Shown here one piece after another: positions 52,011-64,000 of a DNA stretch of 64,000 bases. The notes under the pieces were generated by a model that was not told where the DNA came from, made no database searches, and worked only from the letters and a program-made list of their open reading frames with translations. The DNA comes from Octopus sinensis (Eukaryota): contig NC_043006.1 in assembly GCF_006345805.1 (NCBI RefSeq), positions 86,676,001 to 86,740,000 of the forward strand. Direction: 5' to 3'. Both the position numbers and the translations under genes were made by a program. Positions within the stretch are counted from its first letter, which is position 1. Every line of letters begins with the position of its first letter.

Positions 52011-52043
<33 letters not shown>

Positions 52044-52064
52044 TGTGTGTGTGTGTGTGTGTGC

Positions 52065-52215
52065 AGACATGGCTGTGTGGTAAGAAGTTTGTTTCCAAAC
52101 CACATGGTTTGGGTTTCATTCCCACTGTGTGACGCCTTTAGCAAGTGTCTTCTATTATAGCTTCAGGCCAACCAAAGCCTTGTGAAAGGATCTGGTAGAT
52201 GTAGACTGAAAAGCT
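52065..52215 (+). mobile_element. Family A SINE, 5' part
   Basis: ggctgtgtggtaagaag...accacatggttt...gcaagtgtcttcta.tatagc. Confidence 0.75.
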
Positions 52216-52799
52216 TGGTTGCGTATATATACATGTGTGTGTGTGTGTGTGTAAATATATACATGTATAATATAGGGAATTGAGAAAATTTGATTTACAG
52301 AAATTATCCAAGCAATTAGTTAATAAAATCTCCCTTTAGAGGTATTTAAAATACATATGAAGTAAATGATAATCAAGAATGTTAACTTCGTTAGCATTAA
52401 CTGATCAAAATTTTAGGACAATAGCAGTAATGCAGATTGGAGTGAATCTTGTCCTTAAACCCAATGGGGGGAAAGCATGCAAACATGGCTGAGTAGCATG
52501 TACCAAGCGTTTATTACATGTTTTAGGTGGCTATATAGATATGAGCTGAAATGAAAACTCTTTCAGTCCCTCTCCTTCATGGTTGGTCCTGCAGAATATC
52601 CAAAATGTGACAGCTGGAAGGAGAGAAGTCTGTACTAATACTCAGTGGGTACTCATTACTGCAGAGTATACTGAAGAAATTTGAAATGAAGTGTCTTGCT
52701 GAAGGACACAACATACCACCAGTGCAGTAATTGAACCTACTGCCTTATGATCAAGAGCCAAACAAACTTTGCCACTAGACTATACACTGTCATACAATA

Positions 52800-52830
52800 G
52801 ACATGTTTCGGTCTTATAAAACCTCCTCAG
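52800..52830 (-). ncRNA. Hammerhead core relic
   Basis: Reverse complement: CTGAGGA-ggtt-ttataa-gacc-GAAA-catgT-C. Intact core, stem II, palindromic ACATGT and GUC triplet; stem I not formed. Confidence 0.45.
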
Positions 52831-55017
52831 TGCAGCATATTCTACTCAGGTGTGGCAGAGTAGAATAATTTATGAAATGTGTCCCTTCACTTGAATGAAC
52901 TATTGCTAAAAGTTATGTTATTTATAGTAATATGAATACCAACTTAATTCTCCACCATACTAGAGTTTTCATTTCAGCTCATTTATTCTCTTTAGATGTT
53001 TGTGTAACCTAGTTAATATCTGCATGTATTTCGCTAATCTTTATCTAATAGATAATTACTATTACTTGGAAAAATTGTGAGCAACAGGTGTTCAACTCCA
53101 GCAGATTATTTCTTATATCAAATTTTTAAAGCATCATATGATAAAAAGACCAAATAAATCTATCTTATAACAAATTCCTTAGGAAGGCCAGAGGTAACAA
53201 TTCTGAAGTAAGAGCGTTACTGCATGCTTCTAATTTTTTATCTATTTGAATGTTAGAGTATTCTCCCTTACCTTTGTTAGGAATTATCATTGATGCTAAT
53301 GATTGCTTTTCTATTTTCTTACAGATATAATTGTAATTGATTAAACATTTTTGTTTGGGTCTATGCGATAAATATATTTGTCCCCACTTGAGAAAAAAGA
53401 ATTATGGAGTTTGAATTACATACACAGTCACATTTCAGAAAAGGGAGAAAAAAAAAGAAAACAAAAAAATAAAATAACAATACAAATACACCACTTTAAT
53501 CGTCATCATTTTTATGTCCATTTTCCATGCTTGCATGGTTTTAACTACGCAACAAATGTAAATACAAAATAGCTATCTTTGAAGATATTGGGTTACAAGT
53601 CAGAATACAAGATACAAAAAAAAAAGGTTGTGAGATTAGCAGTGAGTCATATTCTAAAGACAGTAACAAAAAAAAAAAAGTAAATAAAAATAACAAAGAT
53701 AGGGATATATACCAATGACAACTAAAAAAGAAAAATTACTACAGAAATGGATTATAGAAGTTGTTTTGTTCATATTCGACATTCGACAGAGAAGTCAGGC
53801 AAAATATTTTATTGAATTATATATGTTCACACCATCTACTTCTGTCTGTTCATGTTAAGTTCTGATAATTCCTCATAGGCGAATATAAATTTTAATATAA
53901 GCGATTATTCCAGTATGATATGCAAGAAAACAGATGTATTTCAATGTATGTATACACTGTATATATCTGCACATATGAGCATATATCTCTTTCATCATAT
54001 ATATATATATGTATGTATGTGTGTATGTATGTATACACATATATACATATACATACACCCACAGACAACCAGGAAACCACTTTAAGTACTATACTCAGTG
54101 TCTAGTGGGAATGAAACGCAAGTTGGTTATTATTGTGGAATAAAACCTGTATTATTTGGGGCCACTCAAAAACACACAGATATATATATGCACACACACA
54201 CATATATACACACACAAATACACACACACACACTGTGTGATATATTTGCTAAAAAGATTTGGATGCTTGTTTATGAGATATGAACAGAAAACTCCTTTGT
54301 GATTTGGCTTGTTGTCTGAAGATTAACCGCTCAATCTAGTACTTTATGAATAACTAACTACACATATGAAATAAAACACTGCTGAACATTGTCTCTGAAT
54401 TCAAAATACCATTATATATTTACTGATAGTTTTAGCTACAATATACACAGATTAAAAAGAGTTTTATTAGTTAGTAAGAGGAAAGAGTTTTGGAAAGCCA
54501 GTGGTAAAGAAAGTAGAAGCAAGACCTACTTTTGTGATAAAGGATTTCTGAGACAAGCTGTTGTAATAGAATCTGCATTAGAAGTATCTTTGCAATATGG
54601 GGTTTACAGAAACTGAAGTCTCAAAACAAATTTAATTTGGTTATATGTGAGGCAGGTGCCCTCTTATTTATGTAATTTTCAGAACTCATTTGTTTGATTA
54701 ACTAAATCAGGTAGATTATGAAGGATGATACAGATAGGCAACATCTTGGAAAATGTAGTTTATATTGGATGATAACACTGCTACCTTGTGTAATAGTGTT
54801 GTGGTATGTGTTGTGACATAGTATTGCATATTGTTTTGGTAGTTATAGTTTTACTGAATGGTTAAGATGCTTACATTGTCAACAGAATGTCCTGCATTCA
54901 ATTCTTCTGCGTGTCATCTTGAGCAAATCTTATTTTCTATAGCTTCAGGTCAACCCATGCCTTGTGACTAAAACTGGGTTGACAGAATCTGTATAGAAGT
55001 GTATCAAAATTATTCAT

Positions 55018-55195
55018 CATCATCATTATCATCATCAACATTTAATGTTCTGTTTTCATGCTGGCATGGCTTGACGGGTCCCATAGTCTGTTTTGGCTTG
55101 GTTTCTACAGCTGGATGCCCTTCTTAATGCCAACCACTTTACAGAGTGCCATGTAAAAAGCACCAGCACCTATACCAATGTATTTTATGCGGCAC
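55018..55195 (+). mobile_element. Family B repeat
   Basis: (cat)n...tcatgctggcatgg...tttctacagctggatgccctt. Confidence 0.7.
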
Positions 55196-57376
55196 CTTGG
55201 ATTCAGGGAACCTTGCACCTGTAAATTAAAAGCTACAGTCTTGTCACACACTGTATCATGTTGATCCTGTCTGAGAATTACATTAGAGGTACATGTGTCT
55301 ATGGAATACTCAGCCGTTTACACTTTGATTAATTCAGTTGACTAAACAACTTAGTATTCATTGGCAAGTGATCGAAATCCACTGTATTGTGTTGTTATGA
55401 CTTGTGGTAGTGTTGTTGTATTGTTTCGTGTTATTGCTGTGTGGTGGTGTTATCCCTTTAGTAGTTTAGCCCAACGTCAACCCTGATCAAATAATTCAAT
55501 ATGAAATATACTCCAAACAAGGCCACAACATTTTAAAAATATAAATGTTCAAATACTGTTTATATAGGATCAACAGGGCCAGCCTTAGGAGGTGTGGGGC
55601 CCAATTGGGAACAATTTTGGTGGTTCATAGGTCCCCAGTCAACTTGCAACTCAGAAATGCCTTCCCCACCACCTTGGAGTTATTTTTTCCCCTCGTTTTG
55701 TTTTCGGGTGCTATCAACTAATCTCATCTCCTAATATACTGCAGAAGACTTTTTTTTCCTTTGCAGCATATTAGGTGATCAGAATAGTGGCTGTTTTGTA
55801 TGTTTAATAACTGCTATTTCTAGCATACTAAACAGCCACGTCGTTAAGGATGGGCAACCTTTCAGTTTATTTGAAACAGGGTATAATGTGTGTGTGTGTG
55901 TATGTAAATATATATATATACTAGTATTATAACCCAATTTCATTTGGGTCTACTTGGGCCACATTTTAAAGATGAGCAATTTTGCCCAAGAGGCCATGCC
56001 TTTGAATTGAGCAAACTCAAAGTTGCCATGCAAACTCCTCAGAACTTTCAACATAGGTGTACAAATTTTCAGGTCAATCCGACCACCTTTACTAACACTT
56101 GCCTGTACAACTGCTTGTGAGACAACGTCCACCCTTTTCACAAATACATAGTTATTTAAACTATGACTGCCCCTTTGAATTTAAACAGTTCCAGTTCCCA
56201 ATGAAATTAAGTTATGCTATGCCAATGAACAAGTCTCAAGGACAGTTTCTCAAGGTTGTTGAATTCCACATTGCTTCTCTCATGGACAATTACACGTACG
56301 AGTTGGAAGTCCCAAAATCTTTTCATTTATACACCAATTACAGGACACACTCAAAACATCATATATTTAGAAGTTCTAGATAATTAACCTGTGATTGATT
56401 TCCAGATTTGTTTCAATAAATTTGTTTATATTCATGTCATCTGATAAAATTTTTGTTAAATGTACTTATTAACAGGAGGGGAGCATCCACATGCTGGTTC
56501 TTCTCAAATTTATGCATTTCAGGTTCAACGTGTTTCAAATAAGTACTGACAACTGAAAGTGATTGCAAAGACAAAGAACTACTAGTGCTACTAGTAACAT
56601 GTAACCCAGTACAACCTGTTGCATGGTCGGGTTGTGGGCGACTAAACCGGCAACCCCACCAAGCTTGCTTGGTGAGGAGGGTGTTTATTGGACACCCTGC
56701 GGAATGACATACATACATACATATATATACAAAATAAACTTTATGGAAATGAAGTTTCCCCAAAATTAAACACATACAAACACACACACATATTGAAATA
56801 AAGAAAGTTTCCCCAAGATTAAACATATTTATAGAAAATGACACACACAAAACATACAAACACATATATACATACAATTCACCTACATACATACTCTCAG
56901 ACATACAAATATTTTACTCAAACGTTACCATAAACACTCCCAAACATTCACATACAAACATATTTATTGAGTCTTACACTAAAAATACAATAAATTTCTT
57001 TAAATTCAGCAGCTAACCCAAGCAGTCTTGGATGAATGGGTTTATCTTTTGATATTTTATGTTGCTAGAGTATAGAAATTATGTTTTTTTTTTTTTTTTG
57101 AAAGACCATGTAAATAGTATAGAATGTGTCTCTGAGGATCAAGTTATGTGATGTAGTTTTCTTTTTGTAAAATAGTGTGATATAAAGAGCAAGCAACTCC
57201 AGAAAAGCTTGTACATTAGCTTGTATTGCACAGTAGAATTATTGTTTGACCCCAGGTTAGCTTTGATAACAACAGCAAAGGTCTTAATTAATCCTACCGT
57301 GACCATCCCATATTTTGCACAGAATAGTTATTGCGAATCACATCATTCATTGTATTATAGACATTCAAATAAAATT

Positions 57377-57735
57377 AGGCGCAGGAGTGGCTGTGTGGTA
57401 AGTAGCTTGCCTACCAACCACATGGTTCTGGGTTCAGTCCCACTGTGCGGCATCTTGGGCAAGTGTCTTCTGCTATAGCCTCGGGCCAACCAATGCCTTG
57501 TGAGTGGATTTGGTAGACGGAAACTGAAAGAAGCCTGTCGTATATATGTATGTATGTGTATGTATATGTTTGTGTGTCTGTGTTTGTCCCCCATCACTTA
57601 GCGGCAAAAGAGACCGATAGAATAAGTACTGGGCTTACAAAGAATAAGTCCCGGTGTCGATTTGCTCGACTAAAGGTGGTGCTCCAGCATGGCCGCAGTC
57701 AAATGACTGAAACAAGTAAAAGAGTAAAACAGTAA
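57377..57735 (+). mobile_element. tRNA-derived SINE (family A), young full-length copy
   Basis: ggcgcaggagtggctgtgtggtaagtagc...gggttcagtccc...aagtaaaagagtaaaa; CpGs retained. Confidence 0.92.
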
Positions 57736-57894
57736 AGAGAGTGATATGAAAGACATGGCTGCTAAAAGCCCCTAAGGGACAAGTAATGGAGTTTAAACCA
57801 ATGATAGATTATAATGACATAAAGTGTACTTAATTTGTGGAGGGTTTGTCAAGAGGTTGAAGGCCCAAGCTAGTCTGGAATGATCCATGATAAA

Positions 57895-58118
57895 TATAAT
57901 ATATTCTTTCTATTTTTGGCACAAGGCCAGCAATTCTGAGGAGATATATTAAGTTGATTACATCAACCTCAGTTCTCAACTTTTACTTCAGATTTTCAAC
58001 CTTGAAAGGATGAAAGGTGAACTTGTCTTTGGCAACATTTGAATTCAGAATGTAAACTCAGAAGAAATGCCTCTAAACAGTTTACCTGGCATGCTAACAA
58101 TTCTGCAAACTTGCTACC
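57895..58118 (-). mobile_element. Family C SINE, degenerate
   Basis: Reverse-complement similarity to 31199-31433. Confidence 0.6.
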
Positions 58119-58138
58119 TTCATGGTCAATACAATATA

Positions 58139-58347
58139 TGATGGGGTGCTGAAAATTTCCTGGCTTTTGGTAAAAGTAAATACAGGAGGGTCAGTTAATT
58201 ATGATTTTATTACATATATTCCCTTCAGATTCCTCTCAGATTCACACACTTATTGCAGTGGTCCTTCAGTTTTCCTAAGCCCTGTAAAAGAACTTGGAAG
58301 GCCTTTCGTGATACCCTTATAGCCAGGAACTTTTCAGCACCGTCTCA
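58139..58347. mobile_element. Mariner-type MITE
   Basis: TIRs tgatggggtgctgaaaatttcctggct / agccaggaacttttcagcaccgtctca with TA flanks; a lone end occurs at ~50965-50995. Confidence 0.8.
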
Positions 58348-60619
58348 TATAGCTTGTAGTTTAATTTTACTGTTTTCTGTTATCCAAATGTGGTACCTGC
58401 GAGGACTAAGTATTTTGTTTGTCTTTAATCTTCTTTTCTTTTTACAATAATCTTCTAAGTGTGCTCTCTATATTGTAGAGGTGTTGTATGTAATTGCCAG
58501 TATTTCTTCTTGCAGATGTGTGAGTATGTGTGGGAAGGACATGTTTTTATTGTTGAGCATGAAAGTTGATTTTATATGATGTTCTGTGGTGTTACAATTA
58601 AGGAGGGAAGTGATTACAACAGAAACTACTTTTTGGTTGATTTGTTGCAACCAGATTTCAAGTTGATTGTCACAAATGCTCCCATGTGCCAGTGGAGCAT
58701 ATTCCAAAACAGTTTCTGTAATCTCTAGTGTAATTCAATATTCAGTGATGCTTCACATACTCTTTAATATTGATAGAGAGAAATAAAAGTATGCAAGACA
58801 TGATTGAATCTTGAATTACTCCAGAGTTTATAAAATGTTACAACAACAACCAGAGAAAATACACACGTATGCTCACACACTAATAACACACACAAGTATA
58901 TACATATGTATAAAGTAGATAAGAGAAGAAAGAGAACAGGGAGGGCATACATAATTTTAAAACATTTTCTCCCTCTCATGAATAAATATATCAGTTTAAA
59001 ATAACAAATGTAAAAGAGAAATAATAAAACAGTATAATGTTTTTTAATCTGTTGGTGTGAAATAATATATGAATATGCAGTAAGAAGGAGGAATTATTTA
59101 TTTCGTTTTCTGTAGATTTTGTTAACATTAGTTCAAGGAAAATGCATTTTTCATTCAGACTACAAAGTAATCTTGAGATTTCATATGCATTTGATATGAA
59201 ATTTAATAATATGTGGAGATTTTAATTTAGTGGAAGTATATTGAAAGAGTTAGGGTTGAAGTCTTTGCTCTTTTGATTAATGTCCCGGCTAATATCTTTT
59301 CAATTTCACTAACTGGAATATTTCAGAAAAAAGAAAAAGAAATGAAAATAAAAAAAAATTGATTTTAATCTAAATTCATATTATTTTAGCTCTTTCATAT
59401 ATTGTAATGATGATGGCAATGATGATGTTCATACTGATGAGAAATGATGAGTGGGATGATAATGGAAGTGTGTGCGATGATTATGATAATAATAATGCTG
59501 GAAGATCATTATCATTAACCTCCATCCTTACAGTCCCTAAAATAAATGAATGGATGATTGATGAATGAAGAAATCATTTTTATTACTATATTTACCATAT
59601 ACTTTAATGTAAACCTGGACTCTTTGAAATACTTTAAAAGCAGTAATATTATAGAACAAGAATTTTTCAACCTCATGATGTGAATTTAACTGGATTCAAA
59701 ATAGAAGGAAAAATAGTATCTTATAAACTGTAGTTGACCAGATAACATAACATGGTTTACCTCATTACCAACTAGTATCAGACCCAGGAAAATAAGGGAT
59801 GGTGAAGCATGATCTTTGGATGTTGGGTCTCACAGGGGCAATGATAAGTGATTGAGACCTTTAGCAATTTGTTGTGCTTGAGAAGACACATCAAGCCAAT
59901 TGAAATCATAGTTGTGTACAGTGCTGGTAATGTGCAAAAGGTAACTGTGCTAGTGACATGCAAAAGGCACCCACTATGCTCTTAGAATGGTTGGTTTTAA
60001 GGAAGGGCATCCAACAATGGAAACCAAACCAAATGAGACTGAAGCCTGGTACATCTCTCTGGCTCACCAGTCCCAATCAAACCATCTAATCCATGTCAGG
60101 ATGGAAAATGCACATTGAATGATGATAATGATGATGAGGAAAAGAATTTTAAAGAAAGTTACTCTGTGTAGCATACTGATATATATTTTCAGAACTTCTC
60201 ATATGTACTCCCTATTTTCAACAAAATGGCAAGAATATATTTAAGGAAGATGTGACCATCATATAAGTGTTCAAGAAAGTTATTACTTTGTCACTCGCTC
60301 TGTTTGTAATATATTTTATCATTTACACATTTCAGTCATTGGACTGCAGCTATGTAAGGGCACCACTTTGAAGGGTTATTATTGAGCAAAATGCCCTTAT
60401 TACTTATGTTTTAATTAAGCCTGGCACTTATTCTCAGTGCCTCTTTTTGCCAAACTGCTAAATTATGAAGATGCAAACAACCAACATCAAAATGGGCAAA
60501 ACACAAACACACACACACACACACACATGATGGGCTTCTATACAGTTTCTGTTTATTGTATTTGCTCACAAGGCATCGGTCAATTCTCATTTCCTAACAA
60601 CTATCACACCCTTATCAAT

Positions 60620-61340
60620 GGTACTGACTGGCTGAGAGCTGAACAGACACATACAACAACCCCTCCCTTCATGTTACTCACATCCCATTCTCCCTGCCCT
60701 TCTGGAACCACTTCCATTTTTTTATCATCATCCCTGCTTACATTCGGCACATCAATCACCCCTTTCTGTGTCTTCAGCTACTGATGTCTCTCATCTACTT
60801 CAGCAACTGATCTCTCTTGTCTCCTAACATCTTGCTTATCTGCTATCATTCTCAATGCCCTTTCATTTCTACCACCATACCCCATTTACTCTAGTCCCCT
60901 TATGTACCTCTTTATCTCCTTCTCCACTGTTCCTACCCTTTCACATCATCCCTCTACTTTCTAATAATCTATTCCCCTCCCTGAACCATTTCTGTATCTC
61001 TCACCCTACACCTCTCCATACTAGTAATTCCCTCAACTGCACTTCTACCTTTGTTCATCACCCACTAAATTCACTTCCAGCCTCATCTTTCATTATCTGT
61101 AACTTTCTTTCACACTCTTTGAAGGCATCCACTCTCTCCTCCTCTCCCATGATCCACTGTCCATATCCTCTCTCTTATGCTCACCATCTTGTACCTTGAG
61201 AGTTTGCTCTAGCTCTCTGTCACTACCTTTCTTTTATCTCCTTCAACTACTTCTCCCCATCTCTATATACAATAGAGGTTAACTATGTATTTCCTCTATT
61301 AGCAAAACACCTGTGTTTGTCTCTTTATCTTACTTTAGGC
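60620..61340 (+). repeat. Pyrimidine-rich old repeat, possibly a PLE 3' relic
   Basis: C/T-skewed tract ending in the hairpin aatagagg...cctctatt followed by aaaacacctgtgt (hammerhead-like position, core lost). Confidence 0.3.
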
Positions 61341-63096
61341 TTTTAACAAATACTCCCCACTTAGAAGTGGGAGCTCTTTACTTTTCCTCTCCCTGATCTT
61401 TTTCAGTCTTACAAATTACATGGCAACTTCACTAGTACCAGGGGTACAAAAAAGTATTCAGTACAGTCTGTAAAGTGGTGGCATTAGGAAGAGTATCCAG
61501 CTATAGAAATTATACCTAAAATGACACTAGATTCTGATGTGGCCTTGTGGCTAGTCAGATCCTATCAAGTAGTCAACTCATGCCAGCATAGAAAACAGCT
61601 GTTAAATGATGATGGCAATGATATACATATATATTTATATACACACACATACATGTGTGTGTGTGTGTGTGTGTGTGTTGGGATTAAAATATAAATAGAA
61701 CATCGTTATCAGTGAGCTGAAACATGACTAATGATGTGCCAAAGTCTAACATAATTTCAATATTTAAGACCTCATCTTCTTTAGTAATTTCCATAAAAAT
61801 TTAGCATAGGGCCACTAGTTCATGGAAATAATTAAAATGAGGCACATCCTGGATGGATGAAATTGTTGATGGAAATATGCATAATAAGCCACTGTGTAAA
61901 AATTGCTTTTGTTTGATTAAAACAATCTTCTGTTTCTTTCTGGGTTTTTTTGTGTTTTTTGGAATATACTGAGGGGTGTTTGTAAAAAACCATTTCATGA
62001 AAGGGGTTGCTGAACAACAAGCTGAAAACTACTGGTATATGATTACAGGCGAGTTCCCCACACCCGACCCTTTTTTAATTGAAGTGAATATGTTAACATT
62101 ATTGATCTGCATCATCCTAAAGGGTATTACTTATTTGATTTGCTAGCTAGCAAATAATGAATAGTAGAACTGCTGTTTTTCAATTTCAGCCATAAATTGG
62201 CATAAGAGATAAGTTGTTTTGATAAAGGTCAAAAAGAAATAAAAAGGTCAATTCATAAATAGGGTGAAAATGGGTTGATGAAAGCAACTGAGAGAAAAGC
62301 TGGTGAGAAAGTGGCAATTATTAGAAAGGACAGGAACTCAATCAAATAAAAGGAGGATTGGATCTGCTAAGGAGCTCTGGAGAGAAGATATAAAGGCTGG
62401 CAGAAATAACCAATTAGCTAAATGAGAGAGAGAGAGAGTAAGAGGTAGGAGAGAATACTTTTATATATAGAGGGAATGACAGATAGAGAGAGAGAGGTAA
62501 ACGTTTATGCATGCATGCATGCATGCGTGCACACACATACACACACACATACATATAATGAGAGAGAAGGGGAAAAAGAGAGAAAGGGTGGGGAGCCTTT
62601 AGATCATTTAAACTATAATTTTCACTGTGAAAGTTACTCAAAAATTGCTTCTAAAAAAATAGAGCATCTATAATATACATTTTAGATACATGTGTATAGT
62701 TGTATTGCAACTACAAACATTTTATGAAGCTTTTGAAGATAACATTGAAACAAAAAGGAATTATAGTAATTTTTCTATTAATTGTTTATGAAAGGATGGC
62801 TGGCATCCGTGATCTTTGGTGGCCATTTCTGATGTTTGAGCATAATATTGCTATTGTTGTCTAGTTTGAACTTTTATAAGTTGATGCCATTAGAAATAGA
62901 AGCAGTCAGATTGAGGAGTTCCATAGCATTAAAACTGTGTGAAGTCCTCAAATTGTCAAAGATTAAGGGTTAGAACCTATAGCAAGTTGGAGGGATTTAG
63001 TTCTGCATGGTATATGTTTTAACATACAAAGGAAGAAAAAAGAGAAAGAACAAAAGACTTTAAAATCAATAAAAGGGTTAAGACACAAAGCAAGAT

Positions 63097-63129
<33 letters not shown>

Positions 63130-64000
63130 GATACACACACACATATGTATAAACTATAGCCTGTCCATCCATCATATCATCTTTTCTTTCACTCATATCT
63201 CGAAGCATGAAAATATGATTGTAGTGAAACATTCTTGTTTTGAAAATAAATGACCTATTATTTCAGGAAAGAGAGACTGCAATTCATATCTTAACATTAA
63301 AATGTGAGACAATTTTCTTTTGGATAGAATGTTATTCAACTGAAGAAAAATATTTCCCACCCTTCTGCTGCAAATAAATAAATAAAAAAAATAAATATGG
63401 AACAAATTCCTAGCAACAAGCCTTTACTGGAGCATATTGAACCACTGCTTTTATAATGTAATTCCCATTGCAAATATGTGTTCCTGTGGAATTGAAGACT
63501 AATTTGTCATGCCTCCTATTGAAGAATATCCTTGAGGTTTTCTGCTTCTGTAAATGGTACAGATCTGGTATAAGGTATCAGGATGATGACATCTGTGTGT
63601 GGAAAATGGCTAAGGAGATATGAAAAGGGCAGCCATCTGTACAGGAGTGACCACATGGTTAGAAATAACAGCAAGTATGTTTTTAATAGTGCAGCAATAA
63701 TTGTTTCCCCCCCCCTTTTTTTTTGGTGGTGAGGATAGAATAGGAATATATTATTTTATGTTTCCTGCTATGTATTGTGATGGAAAGTTGTAATTTGGAG
63801 GTGATTTAGTTGCCATTTCTTGCATGCTGAGCAACTACATAGTGCTTGTAAGCATTATGTTTCTCAGTTAAGGTGAGAGTAACAGGGCAGCATTGTGTAG
63901 GTTCCCCTTTTCATAAGTGGGACAACTGCAAGATAATAACTATCTAGATGATTGAATATTTGAAGTATAGCTCTGTGTGACTGCTTTTAATGCAGTCACA

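Noticed and set aside
58468-58707. 79-aa minus-strand ORF with an upstream AG
   Set aside because: No recognisable domain and no clear donor site.

Overview
AT-rich, repeat-dense eukaryotic genomic DNA. The SINE families and (TA)n/(CA)n/(CAT)n tracts look to me like an octopus (cephalopod) genome; this is an inference, not a database match. I can support only one host coding exon: a 128-bp minus-strand exon of an M1-family aminopeptidase (ENPEP/APN-like) at 31698-31825. The rest is intron-like and filled with mobile DNA. It holds two large Penelope-like elements (PLEs) with inverted terminal copies (29-2737, reading frame open from the truncation point to the stop; 20497-26506, 1.4-kb inverted arms). 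It also holds a DD36E Tc1 element, a decayed DD34D mariner, maT, Tigger, CRE and RTE relics, non-autonomous Helitrons, MITEs, many SINEs and a 1.6-kb tandem duplication. The main unexplained theme is hammerhead ribozymes: at least six sequence-unrelated minimal type-I hammerhead(-like) families occur, four of them as inverted pairs. One sits at the 3' end of a tRNA-headed SINE that shows Penelope-style inversion (12475-12975), a candidate Pol III/ribozyme parasite of PLEs. Another forms a perfect 148-bp palindrome that is present twice.
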